Shown here piece by piece: positions 1 through 13,213 of a stretch of DNA of 64,000 nucleotides. The DNA comes from Curvularia clavata (taxonomy: Eukaryota): assembly GCA_023920165.1 (NCBI GenBank), contig CP089278.1, positions 2,418,001 through 2,482,000 on the forward strand, in the 5' to 3' direction. The notes under the pieces are model-generated. The model worked only from the letters and a program-made list of their open reading frames with translations, searched no databases and was not told the DNA's origin. Position 1 is the first letter of the stretch. Each line of letters starts with the position of its first letter. The position numbers and the translations under genes were made by a program.

Positions 1-543
1 TCCAACCTCATCCTTCCCTCATCTTCTTCCTCGACCCCCTCTTCCACCGTCAAATGGATCGTCAAAAAAGACCCAAAATCCGGCTCCATCATCACCGACG
101 ACCATCTGCGCGTGAAACTCGTTCCCGCCCCCTCTTCCTCATCCCAAGAAACCCCTCCAGAGTCCCAAACCGAAGCCATCCACCCCGACGTCTTCGCCCT
201 CGGCGACTGCGGCATCATCGATTCAACCAGCTACCCAGCAACCGCGCAAGTCGCAAGTCAAAAGGCCTTCTGGCTCTCCAAACAGCTCAATCAGTCTTCG
301 AACCTATCCGCCACCAAAAAGGGCTTCACGTACCGCGACCTGGGCACGCTGGCATACATTGGGAACTGGAATGCGTTATTCCAAGGAGGAGGCAAGTGGG
401 GAGGCAGGTTGCAGGGGTATGTGGCGTGGATTATTTGGCGTGGAGCGTATATTACGAGGACTGTGAGCTGGAGGAACAAGGTGTTGGTGCCGGTGTATTG
501 GGTGGTGAATTGGGTGTTTGGAAGGGACATTACTCGGTTTTAG
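1..543 (+). CDS. Type II (alternative) NADH dehydrogenase / pyridine nucleotide-disulfide oxidoreductase, 3' part (truncated by window edge)
   Basis: Frame is open from base 1. Motifs VFALGDC, PATAQVASQKA, FTYRDLGTLAYIG and WRGAY...SWRNK...W...FGRDITRF are typical of the NDH-2 C-terminus. Confidence 0.85.
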   Translation, partial: SNLILPSSSSSTPSSTVKWIVKKDPKSGSIITDDHLRVKLVPAPSSSSQETPPESQTEAIHPDVFALGDCGIIDSTSYPATAQVASQKAFWLSKQLNQSSNLSATKKGFTYRDLGTLAYIGNWNALFQGGGKWGGRLQGYVAWIIWRGAYITRTVSWRNKVLVPVYWVVNWVFGRDITRF

Positions 544-605
544 CTACTTGCATGTGACGTTTGAACTTGCTGAGAACAAGTTCAGACATGGTATCTGGCG
601 CAAAT

Positions 606-624
606 GGGGGGGGGGGGGGGGGGG
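606..624. repeat. poly-G tract (19 nt)
   Basis: Read directly. Similar tracts: C15 at 847-861 and G17 at 3143-3159. Confidence 0.9.
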
Positions 625-872
625 TCCTATCGACTCAATTCTTAGCATTTCTTCATGTTCATATGCAGTTTCACTGTTACCTACTTGAAAGCAACTTTTC
701 TTCTCTCCTTGCTGGAAAACATGATTAAAAGGGACATGCGGCTCGAGTAGCCAAAGCAAGCTCAAAGGTTAGGAAAAACAAGTAAATCTAAAATTGGGTA
801 TCGATATCATATCCTCCTCTACAAACACACATATACAAACGTGAAACCCCCCCCCCCCCCCTTTACGCACTC

Positions 873-1562
873 TTACCTCCCCTTCCCCTGTTGCCCCTCC
901 AAATACCCCAGCACATCACCCGCCCTCTCCAATCTCGCCCTCGTCTCCGGCAACCCCTTATTCAGTCTCTGCAAACCCTGCACCGCCCTCTCCCAATTCC
1001 TCTCCACCTCCTCTTGCCTCTCCAGCGCCTTGACATCGACCTCATCCGCCTCATTCACGACACCCACCCTTTGCAGCATCTCTCGCCACGCAGCCTCGAC
1101 CTCTGCACCATCCGTCTCCCACCTCTGCACAAACGCCTCTGCCGCCGTTTTTCCCGTACTCCTCCTATGCGCACTAATCTTGGCAACGAGCGCATCTCTC
1201 CTCGCCACCGCCGCACTCAACTGCGATCGCAATTTCTCGTCAAAAGCCTCGAATTCTTCTTTTTCAACTAGCGATTCTGCACCTTGGTCCATTCCTACCC
1301 CTGGGTCATTGATGTTCCCCTCAGTCACTACATCGATCCCGTTGATACTGATGTTCTGTCGCATTCCCTGCAGTACCTGTGCGACAAAAGCATCGACAAG
1401 GGTCTCGACGTTGCGGCGGAGGTCATCTGGTTCGTTGGAGGTAGACGAGACGGGAGGGAGGTGCAAGTCTAGTTTTTGAATGGCGGCGGCGCGCAGGCGG
1501 GAGGTGAGGTAGCTGAGGTCGGAGGGGGATTGGAGTTCGATTTTGCGGTGTTGGAGGTCCAT
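873..1562 (-). CDS. Kinetochore MIND/Mis12 complex subunit Mis14/Nsl1-like
   Basis: MDLQHRKIELQSPSDLSYL...KLDLHLP...NISING...EEFEAFD...LPETRARLERA resembles the fungal Mis14 family. I prefer the ATG at 1562 over the ORF-track start at 1787. Confidence 0.75.
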   Translation of the reverse strand: MDLQHRKIELQSPSDLSYLTSRLRAAAIQKLDLHLPPVSSTSNEPDDLRRNVETLVDAFVAQVLQGMRQNISINGIDVVTEGNINDPGVGMDQGAESLVEKEEFEAFDEKLRSQLSAAVARRDALVAKISAHRRSTGKTAAEAFVQRWETDGAEVEAAWREMLQRVGVVNEADEVDVKALERQEEVERNWERAVQGLQRLNKGLPETRARLERAGDVLGYLEGQQGKGR

Positions 1563-2239
1563 TGCGTTGCTGGAGGAGATGTATGCAAGGAATGTTTGTT
1601 TGCGCTGGATGGGTTGGAGATGGTAGGACTGGTGTATCGTTTCTTGGCCGTAGTGACCTTCAAGATTTTTTATTCCGGGAAGATTCGACGTCCTGGTAGC
1701 ACTTATGTTGAGAAGCGCTAGTAGTGGTGGCCGTTCTACACTCCCAGGCTTTGTTGTGGTGTTTGTGTTGTTTGCGACGCGGAACATGCAACGGACGCGA
1801 CTTTGCCAGCGCCCGCTCTAATCGATAAGGCGTTATCCGGACCGAGGTGTGGGGCCAGTGCATCCGCGCCTCCACCACCGCGAGATGAGACAGCATCGCG
1901 GACACAATGAAGACGTTGATTAAAAGTTTAGTTATGCAGAGTGTTTAATTGATGAGTGCATATATGTGTTTGTGTGTTCAAAGAGCGCCAATCAAGTGGC
2001 GAATAAAGCATTCCCAGCGCCGCGACCCAACCCTAGTATACATCCCGAAACGCCCTGAACAGTGCCAAACGCCATCCCAGCCCATATCAACATGACTTCA
2101 ATACCGCGTTATAAAGACAGAGTGCCAAAGCATTCAAATTCACATCCAATCCCATGATGGTTCCAACCTCAAACCTCTCCTGTACGACCTGGCGCCGCTC
2201 TGCAGGGTACCACATAGCTAGGGGCAAGGACCGGGCCAG

Positions 2240-2913
2240 CTACGAGGGAAACATATTCTTAATCTCCTCATCCGTGAGTATGATATCCTGAACAGGATCT
2301 TGACGGCATTCGAGGTCGTCAAAGTGGTAATCGGCGTACGAGGGGAGGAAGATCTCTGTACACTGTAGTTAGCATTACGACCTTCCGATACACCCGCTCC
2401 TCTGCAATCCTTCCTCTACGATTCTAGAATTGGAAATAGAGGAGGGTGGAGTGAGCAAGCGAACATACCCTGATTCCAATCGAATCCCTGGCTGGCCTTC
2501 ACGCAGGTAATCTGTTACTCCGCTGTTAGCCGCTTGCTTTCCTCAAGACACAACGCAAGCGGTAGTCGGAGGGGCGGACATACCAAACGCGGACACTCCT
2601 CCTCCCCCACATTAATCACCGTATGCTCCGCCCTGGAGAATGTCGCACTCATCAGGCTCTGCCTCCTCCCGAAAATGCTCGCCGACTGCGGGCTGCTCGA
2701 CGTCGATGTGGGACTTGCGCTCGCATATCCACCGTACGAGAAGCGATTCTCCGTCGGCGTAAACTGATAGGCGCGGGAATTGTTGCTGTAGCTAGGCGTG
2801 CTAGGTGTAGACGCAGACGACGACGACGAATCGACCGAGTTCCGATTACTAGCAGGGAGCTTGCCCTTGCGCCTGGGGATAGCAATGGCGTTGGATGATG
2901 ATGACGAAGACAT
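2240..2913 (-). CDS. Small Ser-rich fungal hypothetical protein (3 exons: 2913-2584, 2511-2469, 2355-2240)
   Basis: GTATGT donors and CAG acceptors give a continuous frame ...RRQSL...CPRL/ITCVKASQGFDWNQ/EIFLPSY...DIILTDEEIKNMFPS*. Confidence 0.7.
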
Positions 2914-4205
2914 GGTTGCAAGATCCGGTTAAACACCGCGTAAAAGTAGCAAGGAGACACTTAGAGGATACACGAAATCATGAGACAGCAAGAGAGAGAG
3001 AGAAGGAAGAGAGAAGGAGGCACAGAGTGACTTGCTAAGTCGACGCAGCCTCGTGTCTGACTCCGCCAGCCATACAGCGATGAGACGTCCGTGGTCGGAC
3101 CAATCACAGCCGCCCACCTTGCTTCCGCCTGACGATCGGTCCGGGGGGGGGGGGGGGGGCGCAAGCAGCGTGTAATGTGACAGGCACCCGTGCTGGCCGC
3201 AGGACATATGCACACCTCAGGATAGCGTCATGCACTCCAGCCTGGCCGAGTCGCTTTCGGCTCCATGGTCATCTCTTATCGTCTCTCGTCCTTTGCCGGC
3301 CGGTACGGCACTGGTACCAGCACCTTGTTGCATGGCCATGATGTGGTCCGCTAGGTGACGTAGCGCCCGCCTGAGGCCTGTGGAGACGGACACGGCCTGT
3401 TATCGGCCCATGACAGGCCACCAGCTGGTTCGCTCTGCTATTCACCACGTGTGCTAGCCATCTCAGTCAACGAGACGAGGAAAAGGAGTAGCAGGAAGAG
3501 AGCCTCACAGCTCAATCGCATTAAACAGCAGCGCACTGTGAACTACGCTGGCCTAAACACCATCGTATTTCATATCGTACATTTGGATATCGCTCGGGCA
3601 ATTAAAAAACAAATGAGATGAAAAGAAAAACACACATGAAAAAAAAACCGGTCAAGTCGGTCCAGCCGAACCCCAAGCCATGATAGGTACCAGGTTCCCC
3701 CCGAGATTAACAAGGAAGAAAAAACACCATTCGGGTACCCGGACTCCATCTGGTGCCATCCCACGAAACGTGTACAACGTGCGTATTAGTAACGAAAGAC
3801 TACGAATGGGTAGAAACGGGAAAACTCGCAGAGACGGCACTTTTGCCATCAATATGCCACTGCTTTCAAGGAAATATAAAAAAACAAACAGGAAAGCGAA
3901 ACAAAACTACAAGACCTTCCACCGGTTGGTGGCCGGCCATGGCCGCCCAAGCTGACGACACGGCGCGACGCGTCTTCACCATCGAGGGTATCCTCCCAAA
4001 AAAAAAAGCGCCCAAGAGACTCCGAGACTCCGGCGCCGAGATGCTGATGAAAGGTTCGTAGAGACAGGATATATTGTCCAAGAAGGACAAAAGGAGAGCG
4101 TAAGAATAGTGGTTCAGGGGGGCGTCAAACTGCGGGGAATACGTAGTGGCAATCGGGGGTATCGTACATGGTTCGTGACGAGCGTTGCGCGAGGAGAAGA
4201 CGAAT

Positions 4206-6782
4206 CTACCATCCCTTCTTCCGAGCGAAACGCTTGTTGAGGAGGACCAGAACCTTGCTCACGTTGAACTGGACGTACTCGAGATCCAGGTCTTCTTGAT
4301 TGTCCTTTTGCATTTCTAGGAGATCGTCTAGCTTGAGATCTAGCTCCAAAAGACCGCGGTTGCGGCCCTTGTAGTGGAGTGAAATGACAAAGGTGCCAGG
4401 CAGCGGGCTAGTGAAGTTGAAGTAAATGTTGGCTCTCCTATTTTCGGGAACATTGCTCTTCTGGATGACTCCCTCGCGCTCAAGTTGCTGGTGGGTGAAC
4501 TTGTAGGGGCCCAGGACCTGGTGCTTTTGCTGTTTTCTTGTCTTGCCCTCGGACTGGCTGCGTACGTTGTGAAGGTAAGACTTGTACGTGTCGAGCTGGC
4601 TGACCAGGAAGCCGTTGTGGTCGCGGATGGTGCGGAAAACTTCCTCGAGCTTCCTCGTCTCCTCAATCACCTTGTCCTTCATCGAGCCGAGGTGAACCAG
4701 CTCTTGTTCGACTTCATCTCTGAGCAGAGAGAAGCCGTCTTCTTTGTCAATGACGCCGGATTCTTGCAACTGGCTCAGCAGCTCCATGCTGCGGATTCCC
4801 TTCTTGACCATGACTGAATCGTTCTTTGTCGTGGCAGCCGCTTCGGCGATCCTATCCAACCTCAACGGCCGTCGCGTGATGGATGAGTTTGCGGGCAGCG
4901 AACGAAGAATCATGACAAACGTCGACTTGGCCTCCATGAAGAAAATCTCCTCTTGCGTAATGTCGAGCGCAGCCGTGAGATCGTCGAGCGGTGTCTCCCA
5001 CTTGCTGAAGAGTGGAAGATTGATGGCCCTGTTCTCCTTTCGCGGGAGCTGAGCAGGTGCCGGTCCCAACTCTTGAAGAATAACGCCCAAGTGAGAACTA
5101 TCTTCCTTTGCCTGTAGATTGTAAGTATATGAAGATAAGGCGCCAATGTCGCCTGCACTTACGAGTTCTGCTGCATGTCGCTCCAAGAGCGCATGCGTGG
5201 CGTACACTTCATTCAATGTAATGGAAAGCTCCAGATCCTTCTTGGACAGCGCCACGTAGTTGTCCATCTCGAGCGTGTCGTAAAAATCCTGGACTTCGCA
5301 GAGGTCAAGCAGAAACTTGTTGATGCGCTCCTTGTTCTGGTGGATAAACGGCTGCAGCTTAGCCATGTATGGCTCTTTTGCGTACGAGGGCTTGTTCGCC
5401 AGATTCTGCAACATCTTTGCAATGTATGTGAGTGTTCGCTTGGGATTTTCTGCTGGCAGTACATCAATGAGCATATATGATCTTGGCGTGACAATGGCAG
5501 GGTTGATGAAGCGCAGGAAAAAGAAGCCGCCGATCAGCGTGCAGATAGTCTGGTCCTGGGCATCGGGGTACTTTCGCCTCGACAGACTGCGAATCTGCTT
5601 GCAAATCCAGCGGATACCGTATGGCGTCTCCTCGAGGCCTTTGATAATGGTGGTGAGGAAATTGTTGGCAATCTCCATGAGCATGTTTATCCTGGGGTTA
5701 ATGATGTTCTGGACCGTCTCGTTCTCTGCGGCCTCCTCGGCAGTGACTCCCTTTGGCAGGTCTGGCGGCAATTTTCCCTGGAGCTCGAGTTCGGTCACCA
5801 TTTTTTCGTAAACCTTGAGCGGGTTAATCTCCAGGTCCAGGTCCTTGAGTTCAATGAGCGAATTGATGCTGTCCTGCAGGACCACCTTGAGATAGCTCTG
5901 GCCCGGTCCTCTCCGGGTATATGTGGTCATCATGCGCGAGACGGGGGTGTTGGCGCGCAGAAGCGAGCTATAGTCCGGGGTATTGTCGAATTGATACGTG
6001 AGAACAGACTATACATGTCGGTTAGTTATGATCTCCCTGAACGAGCAAAAAAAAAACTTGATTGCGCAACCTACCTGAAACATGGTCAGCAGCAGGTGCT
6101 CCTCTCGACTCTCGTACTGGTTTCCGTAGATGGTGAACATGACTGTTTGTAGAAGCGCATCAATCTCGGCCATGGAGACGAGGCGACAGAGGTGCGCAAT
6201 ATGCCGGGGTTCGGACTGGAGGAGAAACAGCAGGTTGCCGTACTTTTGTGTCTTTTCGTCGTTGGGGAAGAAGCCCTCTTGAAGCTCGATGCCGTCTGCG
6301 AGGTGGTCTGCCACTTCATTTTGCTGCATGGACAGTCAGTATCAAGGACGTGTAAATGGGCGCAAAAGGACCAGGGAGACGCACCTCTTCCAATGCCATG
6401 CGGTTCTGAATGAGCAGTGCTATCCGCGAGTCGAGATATCGCACGTCCTTTTCGAGAACAAAGTTCTTCTTGGACTGGGACGAAATTTTGGCTTTCAATT
6501 CTCGTAGGACCTTTTGTGCTGTTGGAGGGTTAGCGGGCGGCATGAGACGAAAGGGATGGAAAGTCGCAACCACGTACCTCGAGCCAGGTCGTCCTCAATC
6601 TCGAGCTCCTTGTCCTTTGCGGACATGGACAGGTACAGGGCCGTGACGGAGTAGCGCTTGGATTGGCGCACCGAGCGCGACCCATCGTGGGACGACATGG
6701 TGTTCTGGCGCGAGACGGGGATAAAGGACGACGACGAGGAAGTTGAGGCCCGCGAGGGAGCATGCAGCATGGATACGGCCAT
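4206..6782 (-). CDS. Ras GTPase-activating protein (Gap1/GapA type; RasGAP + RasGAP_C), multi-exon
   Basis: Contains [27 protein letters not shown], the [15 protein letters not shown]asGAP signature and KMLQNLANK. Introns are at about 6577-6514, 6385-6330, 6073-6009 and 5162-5112. Confidence 0.92.
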
Positions 6783-7264
6783 GTTGAGCGTCGCCTGCGA
6801 GAGGGGGCTGTAGGCTGCGGTCAGAGCCAGATAGGGAGAGGGCGTGTGTTTGCGGCGCTAGCGAAATAGCAAAAGTGTCAGGGCAAAGGGGAGATTTTGT
6901 TTGTGCGCCACGTTGGAGGCAGGAGGGCGTGGATGGGCGTGTGCGGTGGAATTGCAGCGGGAGGGCCCGTCCAGCGAGTGCGCGACAGAGAGAGTGTGGC
7001 AGGTATTAATTACTCGGGTGTGGTGTGGTGTGGTGTTGGAGCAGAGGGGGAAAACGCGCGAGGGTCTGCGGGAGATGTGAGATGGAAGCGGCGGTGGGCG
7101 GTGGGCGGCGGGCGAATGGCAGGTCGTGGGCGCCAGGGACGCGACTGGTGCGGGGGAGCTCAGACGGTGAGTGGTGGGCAGCGAAGCAGCTGCGACATGC
7201 CAGAAGAGCGGCGCGATGCTGGGCCGGGGGGGCGTGCTCTGGCGCGGCGAGGCAAGGCGAGGCG

Positions 7265-7297
7265 GGCAGAGGCAGAGGCAGAGGCAGAGGCAGAGGC
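7265..7297. repeat. (GGCAGA)n hexanucleotide microsatellite upstream of the RasGAP gene
   Basis: About 5.5 tandem copies, read directly. Confidence 0.85.
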
Positions 7298-7797
7298 AGC
7301 GAGGGGAGGTGGGACGAAGGGGAAAGAGAGGGTATACCGGAGCGTGTGTGCGATGGCGGCGTATATTGTCTGGCAGGATCAGGTCGAGGGCAGCGGCGGG
7401 AAGAAGCAGATGTTTCAGTCGCTCGAGTCGGTATGGGCTAGCGGATGAGAAGTGGGCCAGGGCGTGTGGAGAGCATGCAGGCTGCAGCGAGACGAGGGAG
7501 CAGAGGGCGATGGATGGGCCTCAACGACAACGGCGGCCGGGGCGTGCTGGCGGGTGCGGGTATGCGAGAGGGAGCGAGGCTGGCCTGTGTCTTGTTGTGG
7601 TGCTGAGCATATACTATGTGTATGTATGTATGCATGTGTCTTCACCAGGCCAGGGATGGCGGCGCCTGGGCATCATCGAGGGCAGCAGCGAGCAGGCCGC
7701 TTCTGAAACTCTAGTCATCCGCCGCTCAATTTCCCCTAAACCCTGGCTTTGGCCTCGTTCCTGGCTAGCCCACTAGCGAACCCCCCACCCCCCTCGC

Positions 7798-7875
7798 GCT
7801 ACTGCTACTGCTACTGCTACCGCTACCGACACGCCGACACCACCCACACCACACCACCATCACCACCACCACCAG
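7798..7875. repeat. (CTACTG)n and (CAC)n microsatellite cluster
   Basis: Read directly. Further (CTG)n runs occur near 7983-8012 and 8143-8160. Confidence 0.8.
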
Positions 7876-9342
7876 CCCTCGCCTCCGCATACGCCGCCCA
7901 CTGCTTTGACTTTCCGTCGCCGGCCGTCAGCTGTCAGCGAACGCGTGGGTGCTGCGCCAACGTTTGTGAATGCTGATACGATTGCTGCTGCTACTGCTAC
8001 TGCTGCGCTGCTACGCTCGCCGATCCGTCTTATGCGCCCGCTGCCCTCCTAGCCCCAGGTTTATGCATCTATCTGAGGCATTGCCGGCTGGAGAAACATG
8101 CTTACCCACACGCGCCCGGTTTGGGCCTGCTGCCCACGGCAATGCTGCTGCTGCTGCTGTGGCACCCACCAAGCATGCTTGCAACCGCTGCCGCTGCATG
8201 CGTCGTCCAGCACGCTGCTGCGCACAAACATGCCGTCACTGATCTACACCAATGCCTTGCTTCGGTCCGATCAACGTCCATCTTGCCATCTCATCAAGTG
8301 GAAACGCGGCTCCTTAGACAAACACTATCCCACTCCCATTGCGCACGCACCCCACACTCTCATGCCCATACAATTGCGCCACCTAATTGCGAGCAGCACC
8401 TCCACTGCCAAAAGCACGCTGCCGTTCTATTCGTGTCATTACCACTGCATGTCTCGCATACCTGCCTGCCTGCCCGCCTGAACCACGCCACCACGCTTGG
8501 CTTGGCAATGCGGCCCTTTCAGCAAAGAAAGCACTCAAACATGGATTAGGTCTAGAGATAAACTCCAAAGCATCACGAATCCGAACGCCGACCCAAGCGG
8601 CTCGACTCGCTAAGCGCTATCCAGTAACATGCGCCGCGTCCTGCCGACACATGGGCAGCAAACCCAACTTCCTCGCAGAATCCCAAAGGAATAATACCTC
8701 ATGCCGCATGACATGACGCCATGCCCGCAAAACAATAAAAACAAAAGTGCTGCAAAACGGTGATCCGATCAAACTCCACAATTCGCCTTTTCGGTCACAT
8801 CGCGCGGCTGCTGCATGCCCTGGGCAGCACAGTGAGCAGTGTGCCTGGGCCCGAGCGCCCAAAACGATGGCGATCACTGCGCTAAACCACTCCACTTACA
8901 TTCCCAAAGGGCGCCAACGAGTCAGCTTCGTCAACCCACCACGGCCGCAAGGAGCACATTTAGCCCGAAATAACTGCCTGCGTTAGCTCCCTTTTTCAAC
9001 CACAGCAACCACCCCAGGGAACGGTTCGCACGGCTCTGCGTGGGATGCGCGTGACATGTCCACCGGGTAAACCCACGGCCAGAGAGCGAGGCAAGAGACG
9101 ACACTTCTCCCAATTGCTTGCAAAACCGTCTCTTTAAATGACACGCCCACTCAGCCGCATGCAAGCACACACATGTCCCCTCGCTCTCTGCATTGCCATA
9201 GATCTCCGTAACCCACCCTCGCCAACCTTATACAAACAGTCAAATCTCAAACTCCACGGAGAGAGACCGTGACTGTGACCGTGACGACACCACTCAGGCG
9301 CAGCATGGGCTTGGCTAGACAGTCCAATAGATTGAAAACCAC

Positions 9343-11659
9343 TTACACGGATACGGCAGCCGTCCACTCCTCGACGGACAAAAAGCCCTTTAGCTCGGGT
9401 GCCGAAGCAACCAGCTTTAGTTCCACACCAACGATAAGCACGATAACCACCACACGCCCTAGCAGGCTTGGGACAATCGCAAACGCCATGAGGGGTACAA
9501 CGAGGATTAGCGGGAACCACACGGCCGCTGAATGCTTCTGCCCGCCCTCCTTGGCCCTGCTGATAGTAGCACCTCCCTTGCGCCCAATCGCGACAAGGTC
9601 CTGGCCCCGCTCCAAGAACTGACTTTCTGCATAATCAATAGGTTCGTGCTCGTCCATCCATTCGCGGTACCTTGCGATCTCGTCTGCCTGAGCTGGCACA
9701 AGGTTCCGTGACACTTGGTTAAACGACGACAGCGCCTTGTCTGCTTTGCGTTAGCACACAATTGGCCATTTACAAAAACTCGCACGACAATCTACTACTG
9801 TCTGACTGATCTCGTATTCTGCTACAATCCTTCCCATACAATACGCACACGCACACGCACACACATACACACACAAGAGTAGGGCTATACTCACTATACT
9901 GTTCTAGTTTTTGATAAATGCGACCCAAGAGTTCGGTTCTCTTGAAATGCAAATCACCGCCGTAGCGTGCATCGTTTCGCCTCGACGCAGGGTACGCATG
10001 TCCTGATGGGTCTTTGGGCGACATCTGGGCTATGCATCGGTCAAGATTCCGGAGCTCTTCTTCAAGCTCACACATCTCGTCCTGCAAGTGCAGCAACACG
10101 CGGTGATTTAGATGCTCAAACTTGCGATACACTGGTACAATCTCCGCTTCCCGTGGAGCGTCGTCTGGCAATGGGGCGCTGAGCTCGTTCGCCAGGAGCT
10201 CGTAGCCCGTCATGGCATACTTGGCCTGACCGGGAGCCGGTGCGTGTTGCTGATAATGTGGTGGTTGCGATCCATGAGGTGAGAATGGTGGCGCCATCTG
10301 TTGAACCATGCTGTGCGGATATGCATGAGTAGCTTCTGGAGATTGGTGTGGCGCATATCCAATGGCTAGTGGAGCCGGAAAGGTGTGCATAGGCGGCCAG
10401 CCCTGTGGCGGATTGGCTGTTGCACCGCCGACTACCGACGGCGAAGTAGGGTAGACCTGAGGACTATACATGGGCGCCGGAGGATAGGGCTGAGCAGGCG
10501 TTCCTGGGCCAAACTGGAACTGCTTCTGCGGTCTTGGATTCTTCAATATGTGATTAGCAAGTTCACGTTCTTGTTGCTTGAGACGTCTGACGTGAGGATC
10601 GCTCCCTCGCGACGATGTCGATTGTGGTCGAGGCGGAGGGGCCTTGGTTTCCACCTTGGGCGACTCATTGCTTCCTTTTGCCTCTTCCTCACCTTCCGTT
10701 TCACTGCCTTCGCTCTCTGCACTTTGGTTCACTGTCTCATTGTCGTCATCCGCGGGCCCGTGTACAAAGCTGCTGGCATACAGCGGCTTCTTGAACTTGC
10801 GAAACTCCTGATGGGGCAGATGAGGTGCCGGCGCACTGGGTTGCTGTGCTGAGGCCTGCAACGTGACATTCGATCCATTGACGTTCTGTGAATCCGTCGT
10901 CACTGACGACAAAGGAAGAGAAGCACTACTTGATAGCCCTGTAACTTGGGAGCCCTCAAACACCGAACTCTCAGCATCATTCTCTGACTGGAGATACTTG
11001 AAGACTTCTGATTCCGTATCCGCATTCAGCATAGAACTCTGCATCGCAAGCCGTTGTCTCTCCCCAAACGTCTCATACTGATATGTGTAATCGTGGTCCT
11101 CACGAGACTTTTGCGTGACTGTTGAATTGCTGCCACTCGACGAAGCACTCGACTGCTGAGACACGCTCGAGGCCGACGAAGGTTCAGACAACTGTGCGAG
11201 TTTCCCTCCATGGCGGTGCGACGAGCTGTGTTTTCGTTGCGCACGTATGCGACTCACGGTACTGTCGTCAGTGTGTCGCCGCCGAAGCGCTCTCGGTTGG
11301 CCGGAGGAACTGACAATCGAGCTGCCTCGACGTCTGGTTTGCATGGTGGACTTTCTCTCTCGTATTTGGCCCAGTCGCGGTATATATCCCACTGTACTTC
11401 CTTCTTCGTCGACGTCTTCGTGCCCACTTTGTGACAGCCCAGGTACTATTTCCGCGTGATGCGAGTCTCTTCTAAGCAGCTTCTTCAGTGTCTTTCGAGG
11501 TGGTTTGTTAGTCTTCTTGTCGCCTTCGTTCTGCTCCTCGCTATATGAATGCGGCGGCGGCGGAGAGGCTGAGCGCGGGGAACTTTTGGTGCCCGAAGTG
11601 GTCCGGGATGGCCTGCGTCGAGTAGTAGCAGTGTGGGGTGCACTAGCAGCAGTAGCCAC
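9343..11659 (-). CDS. DUF6594-like fungal protein (long disordered N-terminus, coiled coil, C-terminal TM helices); intron 9894-9741
   Basis: GYELLA...PVYRKFEHLNHRVLLHLQDEMCELEEEL...RTELLGRIYQKLEQY/NKALSSF...YREWM...PI...ESQFL is followed by hydrophobic helices. A further small 3' exon is possible (GTAAGT at 9346). Confidence 0.7.
9843..9875. repeat. (CA)/(CACG) microsatellite inside an intron
   Basis: Read directly; it lies in the 154-nt intron of the DUF6594-like gene. Confidence 0.8.
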
Positions 11660-13213
11660 ACCGACTTCTTTTTCCTGGAGACTGTCGAAGTGATATTGTG
11701 GATCGTCGTCCGTGGTAGTAACAGTAGGGTTCCGACGCCGTGAGGGGGAATGGGCGCCTTCGGACGACGATGACGAGGAGACAAGGTCCGACTACAAACA
11801 CAGCACAAGTCAGATCAGTCTCGCTTACAAGTAGAGATGTATGTCGGATTCGAAAGAGGCATAAGTTTCATTATCAACGCACCATGCTATGTAGTGCTCG
11901 CGGAGGGGTTCAGCTGCTATCAGCTGAAAGCCCACGCTCGTGTGTGTTAATGTATCTGATATTGGCGGTGGTAGCCGGAAGAACAAAGGCCTGCGGAAGA
12001 GGAAATGGTACGGTGGTTAGTCAAGCAGCGTGCATGCTGAGGCGGATCGATCAGTAGTACGCGTCGTGTGACGATAAGGACTCAGAGTTGGTAAACTAAG
12101 CAAACCGTCTGTGTAGTGGTACGGTTGGACGCCAGCGGCTGGTAGCAGCTAATGTACGCGCCATGACCATGGCAAATCTGTGGAAAGGAAAGACGAAGAA
12201 AGAGAGTTCACCTCTCAAAACTAAAAAAATATTACGGATTATGAGCTGGTCAGGTCACCGCCTTGCAAACACACAGGACGAAAGTAAGTTGGGACGTCAT
12301 TCCGGTGTGGGACGGAAGTGCGCGGTGCTGCCCAATGAAGACGATTAGCGGCCGTCAAGCGACTTGCCTTTTCCCCACCACGTGGGCCCATTGCCCCCAA
12401 GCGCCCGTCTCCCCTTCACTGCTACATTGTCCTCAATTCATCGCCATGCATTCTCCTACTGCACCTATTCAGCTCGGAGCCAGCCACTCAACGAGGGCCT
12501 AGCCCTCCGCCGCGTCTCACCTCTGGTACACGCAGAAGCCAAGAGACCGACATGCAGCGAGTACCCCAAGGCCACGTCAACCGATAACTGGGATTTGGGT
12601 CTCGCACACAAACACGATTGTGTGGTTCTGCACCAGCAGTACTAGCCGCAACAGCAACTCTGTTCCCGCTTCCGAGCTGGGGATCCCAGCAACCCCCCCA
12701 TGTTCGAGAGCTCCACGCTTCAAACTCGTCGTGATTACACCTGCAGTCTCGCATGTGCTATGGGCGAGCAGAATTCTGATGACGCGAAGGACCTCCGTGT
12801 AAGTGTTCTGCGTCGTTTCAATTGTGTAACAAGAGATACTGCTTGCGGACGTCAGGCCGAGGTAGATGGACAGAGGTGATCTGGGGGGCTGTTTCATGGA
12901 ATGAGCTGCAGTGGAGCGGCTCTATTCTTATCACATTATCCGCGTCTGCACCCTGTGGCTTGGTGTGGCGCGAGCAAGAAATACTGCTTGCCCGGGGTGC
13001 AACGGAACAGCCGCAGGGTTCCGTCTCTATCTGCCTATACGCGACTCGACTTGACCCGTGTACTTTCATTTCTCCTGTGCCAATGTCATGTTTTACCTTG
13101 GTCGTGGATTGATTGTGGGAGTCTGATTCTCGAAATATCCGATCAGACGCATCGGTGTGACCGACAATGCCGTTCAGTCAATGGACATCAGAACATCTCA
13201 TTCGCTCACAAAA

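Noticed and set aside
541..564. TAG-CTA readthrough-type stop context on the NDH-2 gene
   Set aside because: The extension (LLACDV*) has no PTS1 or other recognisable signal.
1563..1787. N-terminal extension of the Mis14-like ORF in the ORF track
   Set aside because: Family-like sequence starts at ATG 1562, and the extension looks like promoter or leader sequence.
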